From NCBI GenBank assembly GCA_965208125.1, contig OZ242320.1, positions 5,664,001 through 5,728,000 of the forward strand: a stretch of DNA of 64,000 nt, in the 5' to 3' direction. The translations under genes and the position numbers were made by a program. This DNA comes from Candidatus Latescibacterota bacterium (lineage in GTDB: Bacteria > Latescibacterota > UBA2968). The notes under the pieces were generated by a model that ran no database searches, was not told the origin of the DNA, and saw nothing but the letters and a program-made list of their open reading frames with translations. Shown here in pieces: positions 48,899 through 58,086 of the stretch (position 1 is its first letter; each line of letters opens with the position of its first letter).

Positions 48899-51343
48899 TC
48901 AAAGCATCGACATCGGATCGACATTGATCGCCAGAGTCACACCGCGAGATCGGCGTTTATTGGGAGCAAATTGTGTGGCGGCATTGCGGGCGGCGGCATT
49001 GAGATGGTTATGCGAATCGGACTTGAGCAAAACCTGCCAGCGATAAGTGCCCTGGATGCGTGCAAGAGGGGCCTGTACGGGACCCAGAATTTCGACATCG
49101 GGAGATGTTTGTTCGCGCAAAGCCTGAGCGATTATGCCAGCCGCGCGTGCGACTTCGTGTTCATCTTTGCCCTTAAAGAGCAAAAGCACCACGCGCCCAA
49201 AGGGCGGATAACCCAGACTTTGACGCGCACTGAGTTCGCGCTGTGCAAAAGTTTCAAAATCGTGACACTGCGCGCATTGTACGGCTTCGCCATCGGGCAT
49301 ATAAGTTTGAATAACGACTTCCCCCGGAATCTCACCCCGCCCAGCACGTCCACTAACCTGAGTCAGCAATTGGAATGTGCGTTCACTGGCGCGAAAATCG
49401 GGCAGGTGAATACTCGTATCCGCAGAAATGACGCCCACGAGTGTCACGCCGGGAAAATCGAGTCCCTTAGCGATCATCTGCGTACCGAGTAAAATATCGG
49501 CTTCGCCTCGGGAAAAACGACTGAGTATGCGGTCATGCGCGCCCTTTCGACTCGTGGTATCCACATCCATTCGCAAAACGCGCACACCGGGAAATTGCGC
49601 TTCAAGAGTCTCTTCAACGCGCTGCGTCCCCACACCGAGAAAATGAAAATTGCTGCTATGACACGATGGACACGCCGAGGGTGATGGCTCAATATAACCG
49701 CAATAATGACAAAGCATAAGGCGTCGGGTCGCGTGATAGGTCAAAGTAACCTGACAGTGATCGCACTGGATACTTTCCCCACAGTCAGCGCATTGAACCG
49801 CAGGTGCGTATCCGCGCCGGTTTTGAAGCAAAATGGTGCGTTGACCCTTTGCAATGCGTTCGCGCATCTTTTCCCGAAGCGGGCGAGAAAACAAGCTACC
49901 ACCTTCGTGCCGCATATCCACGAGTGTGACAGCGGGCAATGGGCGATTATCGATGCGCTCTGGCAATATTAGAGCGTTGAATTTTTGCGTCTGTGCATTG
50001 TGATGCGACTCAAGAGAAGGAGTTGCCGATCCCAGCACAATGGGTAGATTTTGCAGATGGGCGCGCATCACAGCGACATCCCGAGCGTTGTAGCGAGGTG
50101 CGGGATCGTCTTGTTTGTACGAACCATCGTGTTCTTCGTCGATGATGATAAGACCCAGATTTTCAACAGGTGCAAAAATAGCCGATCGCGCACCAATAAC
50201 AACGGCGCGTTTTCCCCTGCGAACCTCGCGCCAAGCATCGTAGCGTTCTCCAGGGGACAATGCACTGTGCAAAACCGCGACGCGATCGCCAAAATGGGCG
50301 CGAAAGCGGCGGACGGTCTGCGGCGTCAGAGTGATTTCCGGCACCAGAACAATTGAGCCTTTTCCAGATGAGAGTGCGTGTGCAACCGCCCGAATATAAA
50401 CCAATGTTTTCCCGCTACCCGTCACCCCGCGCAAAAGGTGCACCCGAAAGATGTTTTCATCAATGCTTTGTCCAATCGCCTGGATAGCCCGCGCTTGATG
50501 GGACGTAAGCGTTACATCCTCAGGCGGGGGAAGATCGACATCGGCATAAGGGTCGCGCACCACTTCGCGATCAATAAAACAGATCAAATTGCGCTTGGCC
50601 ATTTCTCTCAGTACGCCCGACGAAATCCCTTCTGCGGATAGTTGTGTAGTCAATAGGGGGCGATTTGCCGAACGCAGACGGCGGATACACTGCGCCTGGC
50701 GGGGAGCGCGTTTTTCAAGTGTGGGCAATTCCAGATCAAACCAGCGCGGATCACTGGGCACAAGAGCCACTGCACGCTCGGTTTTTGTTCTCACTTTTGG
50801 TGCTGACATCTTTTGAAACGCGACCAGAACGCCCCGCCTCAAAAGACTGTCTATCGCGGACTGTACGCCCTGTTTGCCCAATCGGTTTTGAAGTTGGCGC
50901 ATCGAGGCCGAACTGAGTTCGCCCAAAGCCGCGACGACCTCGCGCTGGCGAGGAGAAAGCAGGCGACTGATCGCGTCGTCAAAGTTTTTTTCAAGGGCAA
51001 AATGCTGCCCACTATCCAGATGAATGCCCGAGGGAAGGGCCGCAGAGAGGACTTCCGAGAGACTGCACAGATAATACGAGGCCATCCACCTGCACAATTC
51101 GAGCATCGGCGGTGTCAAAAGTGGATAAGAATCCAAGATTTGGGCAATAGTCTTGACGCGATGGAGAGGCAGATCGCACGTTTCGCAAAAACCGACGACA
51201 ATGCCCGTGACCCAGCGTTCTCCAAAAGGAATGAGAACGCGGTAGCCCGTTTGCAAATCGTCCTGGAGATCGTCGGGAATGCTGTAGGTGAATGTATCGA
51301 GGGATGTGCCCAGGGGAACGATTTGTGCGAAAGGATGTGCCAT
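48899..51343 (-). CDS. priA: Primosomal protein N' (replication restart helicase)
   Basis: GVTGSGKT, VPEITLTPQ, DEEH, NRRGYA, four CxxC pairs, GTQMIAKGLDF, QVSGRAGR. Confidence 0.97.
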   Translation of the reverse strand: MAHPFAQIVPLGTSLDTFTYSIPDDLQDDLQTGYRVLIPFGERWVTGIVVGFCETCDLPLHRVKTIAQILDSYPLLTPPMLELCRWMASYYLCSLSEVLSAALPSGIHLDSGQHFALEKNFDDAISRLLSPRQREVVAALGELSSASMRQLQNRLGKQGVQSAIDSLLRRGVLVAFQKMSAPKVRTKTERAVALVPSDPRWFDLELPTLEKRAPRQAQCIRRLRSANRPLLTTQLSAEGISSGVLREMAKRNLICFIDREVVRDPYADVDLPPPEDVTLTSHQARAIQAIGQSIDENIFRVHLLRGVTGSGKTLVYIRAVAHALSSGKGSIVLVPEITLTPQTVRRFRAHFGDRVAVLHSALSPGERYDAWREVRRGKRAVVIGARSAIFAPVENLGLIIIDEEHDGSYKQDDPAPRYNARDVAVMRAHLQNLPIVLGSATPSLESHHNAQTQKFNALILPERIDNRPLPAVTLVDMRHEGGSLFSRPLREKMRERIAKGQRTILLQNRRGYAPAVQCADCGESIQCDHCQVTLTYHATRRLMLCHYCGYIEPSPSACPSCHSSNFHFLGVGTQRVEETLEAQFPGVRVLRMDVDTTSRKGAHDRILSRFSRGEADILLGTQMIAKGLDFPGVTLVGVISADTSIHLPDFRASERTFQLLTQVSGRAGRGEIPGEVVIQTYMPDGEAVQCAQCHDFETFAQRELSARQSLGYPPFGRVVLLLFKGKDEHEVARAAGIIAQALREQTSPDVEILGPVQAPLARIQGTYRWQVLLKSDSHNHLNAAARNAATQFAPNKRRSRGVTLAINVDPMSML

Positions 51344-51348
51344 AAAAA

Positions 51349-52290
51349 CTATCGGTCTATCTGCGGATCAGAGGGCGTGTCGCCGAGTTCTTCAACTTTG
51401 ATGAGAGTGCGATAAATAGTCAGGCGAAGGCCGCGGTCGGGTGGGCTGGCAAATTCGAGAGGCTGGTCCTGCAGTGAAATCGAACTGCCACGCTGTATCT
51501 CCACTTGAAAGCGGTCATAAGCCAGCCAGCGTTGCTGCCGCCCCATGGGAAGCACACCAGCAAAAACCCCGCGGTCATCGGCAGTAATGGATAGATGGGT
51601 GTTTTCCCTTGCAACGCCGGAAAGGATCATGAATTCTCCTTCGGCAATGACGCCGGGAATGGACAAATTATATGTGGAGAGCACAGCGAGCGTTGGTTGG
51701 GCAGATGGCGTCTCCTGATTTTCCGATAGAGGTTGCGATGGTATAACGGACTCTGTATTGTCTCGCAGTTGCATCTCTTGTACGGATTTCGCGCTATCCT
51801 GTATTTCAGACGGCATCTCCTCTGCAGAAATGCTTATTTGTTCAGTTGAGATAACCGATTCCGTACTATCTGGTATTGGAATTGGTGATGTGGTTATATC
51901 GAGCGGCGCGGTGAGCGGTGTTTCTTCACGCGAGTTGAGGATGATAATCACCACTGCAATCACCGCGAATGCGAGTAATGAGATAAATATTGCGCTGCGG
52001 TTTATCCCGCGTTCTGGAGAGGACGGTACTGGGGGACGCTCACGCGGTAGCGCAACACTTCTTTCAAAGCGAAACAGGATATCCTGAACGTCGAGGTTGA
52101 GTTCTTGGGCATATGTCTTGAGAAACAAACGCGCGTAAGCTACGGGCAATAAATTGAATTGTCCCGCTTCGAGCACTTTGATAAACTCGGGATTGATCCG
52201 CGTGTGTTCATAAACATCACCGATACTCAAACCCAAATTTTCGCGCTGCGTTTTGAGTAATTCACCAATGTCTTGTTTTTCATCTGTCAT
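51349..52290 (-). CDS. rodZ: RodZ-like HTH membrane protein
   Basis: IGELLK..RE..GLS......TRI....I..LE.G.F..LP..YAR.FLK.YA..L; single TM; acidic linker. Confidence 0.8.
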   Translation of the reverse strand: MTDEKQDIGELLKTQRENLGLSIGDVYEHTRINPEFIKVLEAGQFNLLPVAYARLFLKTYAQELNLDVQDILFRFERSVALPRERPPVPSSPERGINRSAIFISLLAFAVIAVVIIILNSREETPLTAPLDITTSPIPIPDSTESVISTEQISISAEEMPSEIQDSAKSVQEMQLRDNTESVIPSQPLSENQETPSAQPTLAVLSTYNLSIPGVIAEGEFMILSGVARENTHLSITADDRGVFAGVLPMGRQQRWLAYDRFQVEIQRGSSISLQDQPLEFASPPDRGLRLTIYRTLIKVEELGDTPSDPQIDR

Positions 52291-52918
52291 AGATGGTTGT
52301 ATTCCCGTTATTTGTTAGATCTATTTCGGGTATAATCGCCCAAAGCGATTGCCCGACCAGACGGTGATAAAGGCTCCAAAAGCGCGCAAGCGGCAAGCCC
52401 ACCACATTGTAGAAACAACCGGATATAGATTGAATAAAGGCAGATGCACGCCCCTGAGCGCCATAAGCACCGGCTTTGTCCATAGAATCTCCAGTGGCGA
52501 CATAGCGCGAAATATCCTCCGATGAGAGCACGCGCATCGTGACGTGGGTAGTTGCAACATCTGTGAGAGTCTGTCCGGTTTCCGTATCTGTGAGAGCCAG
52601 CCCTGTATAGACCTGATGGGTTTTTCCCGAAAGTTGCGCCAGCATGTCTTTGGCGTGTTTGGCGTCATTCGGTTTCCCGAAAATCGCATTTTCCAATGCC
52701 ACAACTGTATCGGCTCCCAAAACGAGCGCGTGGTCAAAACGATGGATAACCGCCTGTGTTTTGCGCTGCGCGATTTCCCGCACATATTCAGCGGGTGGCA
52801 AAATGGTATCCAAAGACTCATTCGCATTGCTCGGCGCAATCTCAAACGGAATATCCAACAAACGCAACAAACGCGCACGCCTGGGCGAGGCTGACGCGAG
52901 AATCAGTCTCTTCTTCAT
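52280..52918 (-). CDS. maf: Maf-family nucleoside triphosphate pyrophosphatase
   Basis: [34 protein letters not shown]. Confidence 0.95.
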   Translation of the reverse strand: MKKRLILASASPRRARLLRLLDIPFEIAPSNANESLDTILPPAEYVREIAQRKTQAVIHRFDHALVLGADTVVALENAIFGKPNDAKHAKDMLAQLSGKTHQVYTGLALTDTETGQTLTDVATTHVTMRVLSSEDISRYVATGDSMDKAGAYGAQGRASAFIQSISGCFYNVVGLPLARFWSLYHRLVGQSLWAIIPEIDLTNNGNTTIYDR

Positions 52919-53358
52919 ATCTCTGAGTCAATCATCAATGTAACGGGGCCTGTATTGTGAATTTCGACCTGCATATACGCGCCAAAAACGCCAGTTTCAG
53001 TGTGAATGCCAAGCGTGCGGAGATGCTGGACAAATCGCTCGTACATGGATTTGGCAATATCTGGTGGCGCAGCCCGATTAAAACTCGGACGGCGGCCTTT
53101 GCGGGTGTCGGCGTGCAGGGTAAATTGCGAAACCACCAGCGCCTGCCCCCCCGTGTCGAGCAGGGACCTGTTCATTTTGCCCTGACTGTCCTCAAAAATT
53201 CTCAAATTTGCACATTTCTCAGCAACATATTCCATATCCGGCAGGCCATCGGTATCGCTAATACCCAGCAGAATCAAAAGACCGCGATCAATTTGTCCAA
53301 CAATTTGTTCTTCAACGCGAACCGTTGCCCTGCATACCCGCTGAATCAATGCCCGCAC
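52915..53358 (-). CDS. dtd: D-aminoacyl-tRNA deacylase
   Basis: [38 protein letters not shown] start at 53358 with RBS GGAGG. Confidence 0.95.
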   Translation of the reverse strand: MRALIQRVCRATVRVEEQIVGQIDRGLLILLGISDTDGLPDMEYVAEKCANLRIFEDSQGKMNRSLLDTGGQALVVSQFTLHADTRKGRRPSFNRAAPPDIAKSMYERFVQHLRTLGIHTETGVFGAYMQVEIHNTGPVTLMIDSEI

Positions 53359-53392
53359 GCTACCCTCCAATGCTAAAAATGCCTGTACCATT

Positions 53393-53429
53393 TATAACCT
53401 ATTTGTGGCATGTGTGCAAGGTGAAAGAT
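53393..53429 (-). promoter_or_regulatory. Putative sigma70 promoter for dtd; left copy of a 37-bp direct repeat
   Basis: Minus strand TTGCAC-17 bp-TATAAA; 30/37 identical to 62566-62602. Confidence 0.65.
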
Positions 53430-53667
53430 ATAAGAGACGCGGCAAAACAGGCTGGCACCATCCCGGCGCAATCGCAAATAACAGGAACATAACGAGCCAA
53501 ACGGCTTGTCTTTTATTAAAGATATTCATATTTTCGTACAGGTTATCAATCGCAATTCTCGACAAAGATTCGCAAAAATGGTAGTCCATGAGAACATCTG
53601 GGCCGCCCCGGTTCTACTCGCAGGGCGACTGATGATCCCCATCAGCCTGTACTGAAAGAGAAAAGAG

Positions 53668-54864
53668 ATGAGTCGAGGAAAAAGCTTACTCCTGGCCAGT
53701 GCCATCCTTCTCATATCCTTGAGTGTTGCCTACCTTATGGTCTGGCTGAAACCCGAGCCGGAAATCCGGCCTCTTACTTCTCGGGCACCTTTCGCAGCCA
53801 CGGCTCCCGCGGTGGTCGGCACTGGTGCAATTCCCGTGTACGGGGCTGGGACGGTTCGACCTGTTGCAGAGATAGATGTCGCTGCCGAAATCAATGGTAA
53901 GGTTGTTTGGGTAGATCCGGCCTTTCAGAGTGGCGGACGAGTCCGAAAAGGGCAGGTTCTCTTCCGCATTGATGACGCCGACTACCGCAACAGAGTTCAG
54001 CAAGCCCGCGCCAACGTGGCCGCGCAGCATGTCGCACTCCTCCGGGCGAATGAAGAAGCTCAGATCGCACGCGCTGAGTACGCGCAATACAGACGTGGCC
54101 AAACAGATATAGCTGGGGCCAATCCCCTTGCGCTGTGGGAACCACAACTCGAGGCAGCCCGCGCCGCGGTGGTCAGAGATAGTGCTGTGCTCGCCGCTGC
54201 CGAGTTGGCTTTGGCACGTACAAAAGTCCGCGCGCCTTTCAGAGGCGTCGTGCAGGCAGAATCGATAGATATGGGGCAGTTCGTAGTGGCTGGTCAGAGT
54301 GTGGGGCGAATTTACGCGACCGACGCAGTAGAGGTGGTAGTTCCCCTCTCCGACGCCAACGCAGTTCTCATTCCCGGCCTATGGGATCTGGAAGCTGGCG
54401 ACGGAAACAGGCGAGTCGGGGCCCGCATCATTGCTGAATACGGCGACAGAAGCTACACCTGGGAGGGCTATGTAGATCGAGCGGAAGCATCCCTGGACGA
54501 ACAGACGCGCACCATCAACGTCATCGTACGCGTCCCAAATCCTTTTACAAGCGGCACCCGATTCGAAGCGGCAAGCGCGGATCCTGGCCCGCCCCTTCTC
54601 GTGGGCAAATTCGCAGAAGTGCGAATTGAGGGAATCATCCCAGACCAGTACTTCATCCTGCGGCGATCAGCACTCAGACCGGGCAACGAGGTCTGGGCAG
54701 TGCGCGATGACTCATTATTGACCATCGTCCCGGTGCGCGTCCTTCAGCGTTCCGATGATAAGGTGTTCGTAACCGGCACGCTGAAAACCGGTCAAGCGGT
54801 CGTCATAGGCGGGATTCAGGTCGCAACCGAAGGCATGGTGGTGCGGATCGGAGATGATCCATGA
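53668..54864 (+). CDS. RND efflux periplasmic adaptor (MFP)
   Basis: N-terminal TM; GTVRP, AEINGKV, V.KGQVLF.ID, TKVRAPF.G.V, DEQTRT. Confidence 0.92.
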   Translation: MSRGKSLLLASAILLISLSVAYLMVWLKPEPEIRPLTSRAPFAATAPAVVGTGAIPVYGAGTVRPVAEIDVAAEINGKVVWVDPAFQSGGRVRKGQVLFRIDDADYRNRVQQARANVAAQHVALLRANEEAQIARAEYAQYRRGQTDIAGANPLALWEPQLEAARAAVVRDSAVLAAAELALARTKVRAPFRGVVQAESIDMGQFVVAGQSVGRIYATDAVEVVVPLSDANAVLIPGLWDLEAGDGNRRVGARIIAEYGDRSYTWEGYVDRAEASLDEQTRTINVIVRVPNPFTSGTRFEAASADPGPPLLVGKFAEVRIEGIIPDQYFILRRSALRPGNEVWAVRDDSLLTIVPVRVLQRSDDKVFVTGTLKTGQAVVIGGIQVATEGMVVRIGDDP

Positions 54865-57800
54865 ACCGGGAAGAAGGTTCCGCACGGGAACAGCGTGGTC
54901 CCATAGCTTATATGGCTGGTAACAGTGTAGCCGCCAATCTACTGATGTGGGCCATTATCGCCGCCGGGCTGGTGTCGCTGACCGGACTCGACCGGGAAGC
55001 GTGGCCCACCACTCCCTTCTACCATATTGAAGTGTCGATGGCCTATCCCGGCGCCACACCAGAAGAGGTGGAGGAGTCCATCGTCGTCAAGATCGAAGAC
55101 CAGGTCAGTGGATTGGATGACGTGAAGGCGGTCAAGTCCGTATCGGCCCCGGGTATGGCATCCGTGCGGGTTCAAATGGATTTCGATACGGACATGGCTC
55201 GGGCGTTGAACGATATCGAGTCTGCCGTCAATCGCATACAGTCTTTCCCGGCCAGTGCCGAACGTCCCAGTTTCAGGGAGATGACCAACCGCATGAGCAT
55301 GATGCGGCTCATTGTTTATGGCGATGTGCCCGAGCGTGCGCTGAAGGAATTGGCGTATCAGATCGAAGATGAACTCACAACACTCCCCTCCGTGTCCCAG
55401 GTCGAAGTCAGTGGTATTCGGAAATACGAGATCTCTATCGAGGTACCGCTTCATCGGCTAAGAGCACTTGGACTCACACTCACCGATATAGCCAACACCA
55501 TTCGTCGCAGTTCCCTGGACTTATCTGCCGGCAGTATCAATACCCGGGAATCCCAGGTGCGGGTCCGGACTCTCGGTCAGAACTACGACCAAAAGGATTT
55601 CGAAGAGATCGTCCTTCTCAGTGGTCGTGACGGCACGGTCCTGCGCCTTGGAGATATCGCCGAGGTTCGCGACGGTTTTCAGGAAGCCGACCTGATCATC
55701 CGGCACCAGAACCATCCCGGGGTATTCGTGGAGATCTACCGCGCCGATGGTGAGCAAGTGATGGATGTCGCCACGACCGTCCGACAGCACCTGGCAAACG
55801 AAGTGATCCCTTCCCTGCCGGACGGTGTGGGCGTCACCATGTGGAATGACGAATCCCAGGTCTATGAGGAACGCGCCGATCTTCTCCTCAAGAACGGGAT
55901 CCTGGGCCTGTTGCTGGTGCTGATCGCACTCAGCCTGTTTCTCGAAATCCGGCTCGCGCTTTGGGTTGCCGTGGGCCTCGCCGTTTCGGGAATCGGCGCC
56001 CTCGCCATCATGATGGCATTCGACGTGGCGATCAACACCATCAGCCTGTTTTCCTTTGTCCTCGCCATAGGAATCATCGTCGACGATGCCATCGTCGTGG
56101 CCGAGCACATTCAATACGAACGCAAGCGGGGAACACCCGGGGTCACGGCCGCGATCCGCGGCGTACGGCGGATCAAGGTGCCGTTGACGTTCGCAGTTCT
56201 GACGTCGGTGGTGGCCTTCGTCCCGTTGCTGTTCATTCCCGGCGGCGTCGGTGAGGTGTGGCGGGCCCTGCCGATCATCATGATCGCCATGCTGCTGGTT
56301 TCCCTGGTCGAATCGCTGCTGGTGCTGCCCAACCACCTGTCCCACCTGCACGGCCCGGAGTGGGTGCCGGCCAATGCCTTCGACCGGTTCTTCGCGCGGC
56401 TCCAGGGGCGCGTTGACGCGCTGCTGAACAGGTTCGTCCAAGGCCCGCTGGATCGGGCCCTGCAGTTCGCCACCGACCAGCCCGCGGTGACGATGTCGGG
56501 GGCAGTGGGAATGCTCGTGCTGAGCATCTCCCTGTTGCCCGCGGGGATCGTTCCTACCACGCTGGCCGCTGACGTGGAGGGGGATATCGCGACGGTCGTC
56601 CTGGAGATGCCCGATGGGGCGACCGCTCCGAGGACGTACGAAGTGGCGCAGGAACTGGAGGCCGCAGGCCACCGGGTCATCGAACGACTCTCGCGCGGCC
56701 GGCCCGGGGATGCGCCACCGCTACTGACCGGCGTAACGGTGACCGTCGGACAGGGCTCGAGACTCGCGGGCGGGCTCAATCCGGAGCCGACCCTCAATCC
56801 GCAAGCCAACATCGCCACCATTGAGTTCAAACTCCTGGGCGCCCAACAGAGAGAAATCTCCACCGGAGAGGTCGTGCAGGCATGGCGGGAGGAAGTGGGG
56901 GTACTGCCCTACGTACGCGGCATCACCTTCAGCGGCGAGGTCTTCGACTTGGGCAACCCGGTGGAGGCCGTGTTGTCGCATCCGGACCCGGAGCGCCTTG
57001 TCCGGATTGCAGACTCCGTGGTGGATGGACTCCGCGGGGTGGGAGGCGTCTATGACATACGTTCGGATCACTCCCCGGGCATCCCGGAGGTTCAACTGGA
57101 GCTGCGGCCGGAAGCGCGAACCCTCGGTCTCACACTCCACGACCTGGCCGGGCAGGCACGGGCGGCGTTCTTCGGCGCAGAGGCCGTTCGGGTGCAGCGC
57201 GACCGGGAAGAGGTCCGGGTCTATGTGCGCCTGCCCTCCGATGAACGAAAATCCATCACCGATGTCGAAGGATACCTGCTCCGTACGCCGGGCGGGGCCG
57301 AGGTCCCGGTCATGAGTGTGGCCTCCCTGAACCCGGGGGTGTCGCCGCCGGCCATTCGGCGGAAGGACGGCCAGCGCGTCGTCACGGTCACTGCGGACGT
57401 GGATGCTTCGGTGATTTCAGGCGACGAAGCCAACGACATCCTGGCCAATTCGATCCTCGCGGATCTGACCGCCCTGCACCCGGACCTGACATACAGCTTC
57501 GGAGGGGAACAACAACAGCAGCTCGAATCCCTGGATGCGCTGTATCGCGGATTTGCGATTGCCATGCTCCTGATCTTCGCGCTGCTCGCCATCCCCCTCC
57601 GATCCTATACAAAGCCGTTCATCATCATGGCCGTCATCCCCTTCGGGTTCATCGGAGTGATCCTGGGTCACTGGGTCCTGGGAGTAGCCCTGAGTGCCGT
57701 ATCTTTCATGGGTATCTTCGGCCTGAGTGGGGTGGTCGTGAACGATTCCCTGGTCATGATCGATTTCATCGATCAGAGAATCGGGGAAGGCACCTTGGCA

Positions 57801-58055
57801 AGGACGGCGATCGTGGAGGGCGCCAAGGGGCGCTTTCGTCCGATCATGCTCACTTCCGTGACTACGTTCCTCGGCTTCACTCCCCTTATTCTGGAACGTG
57901 CCATCCAAGCCCAGTTCCTGATCCCCTTTGCCGCCTCGCTCGGTTGCGGCATTCTCTTTACTACGGCTATACTCATGATGATCGTTCCCGCACTTTACAC
58001 CATCCATCTGCGTCTGATTGCTTCGCGGGGCCGTTCCGGCGCTGGTACCGGGTAA
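54861..58055 (+). CDS. RND efflux permease (AcrB/AcrD/AcrF family)
   Basis: YPGATPEEVE, GIIVDDAIVVAE, GVVVNDS, RFRPIMLTS.TT. Confidence 0.95.
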   Translation: MNREEGSAREQRGPIAYMAGNSVAANLLMWAIIAAGLVSLTGLDREAWPTTPFYHIEVSMAYPGATPEEVEESIVVKIEDQVSGLDDVKAVKSVSAPGMASVRVQMDFDTDMARALNDIESAVNRIQSFPASAERPSFREMTNRMSMMRLIVYGDVPERALKELAYQIEDELTTLPSVSQVEVSGIRKYEISIEVPLHRLRALGLTLTDIANTIRRSSLDLSAGSINTRESQVRVRTLGQNYDQKDFEEIVLLSGRDGTVLRLGDIAEVRDGFQEADLIIRHQNHPGVFVEIYRADGEQVMDVATTVRQHLANEVIPSLPDGVGVTMWNDESQVYEERADLLLKNGILGLLLVLIALSLFLEIRLALWVAVGLAVSGIGALAIMMAFDVAINTISLFSFVLAIGIIVDDAIVVAEHIQYERKRGTPGVTAAIRGVRRIKVPLTFAVLTSVVAFVPLLFIPGGVGEVWRALPIIMIAMLLVSLVESLLVLPNHLSHLHGPEWVPANAFDRFFARLQGRVDALLNRFVQGPLDRALQFATDQPAVTMSGAVGMLVLSISLLPAGIVPTTLAADVEGDIATVVLEMPDGATAPRTYEVAQELEAAGHRVIERLSRGRPGDAPPLLTGVTVTVGQGSRLAGGLNPEPTLNPQANIATIEFKLLGAQQREISTGEVVQAWREEVGVLPYVRGITFSGEVFDLGNPVEAVLSHPDPERLVRIADSVVDGLRGVGGVYDIRSDHSPGIPEVQLELRPEARTLGLTLHDLAGQARAAFFGAEAVRVQRDREEVRVYVRLPSDERKSITDVEGYLLRTPGGAEVPVMSVASLNPGVSPPAIRRKDGQRVVTVTADVDASVISGDEANDILANSILADLTALHPDLTYSFGGEQQQQLESLDALYRGFAIAMLLIFALLAIPLRSYTKPFIIMAVIPFGFIGVILGHWVLGVALSAVSFMGIFGLSGVVVNDSLVMIDFIDQRIGEGTLARTAIVEGAKGRFRPIMLTSVTTFLGFTPLILERAIQAQFLIPFAASLGCGILFTTAILMMIVPALYTIHLRLIASRGRSGAGTG

Positions 58056-58086
58056 TGCACTTCATGATGCAGGGAGGCAGAAACCG

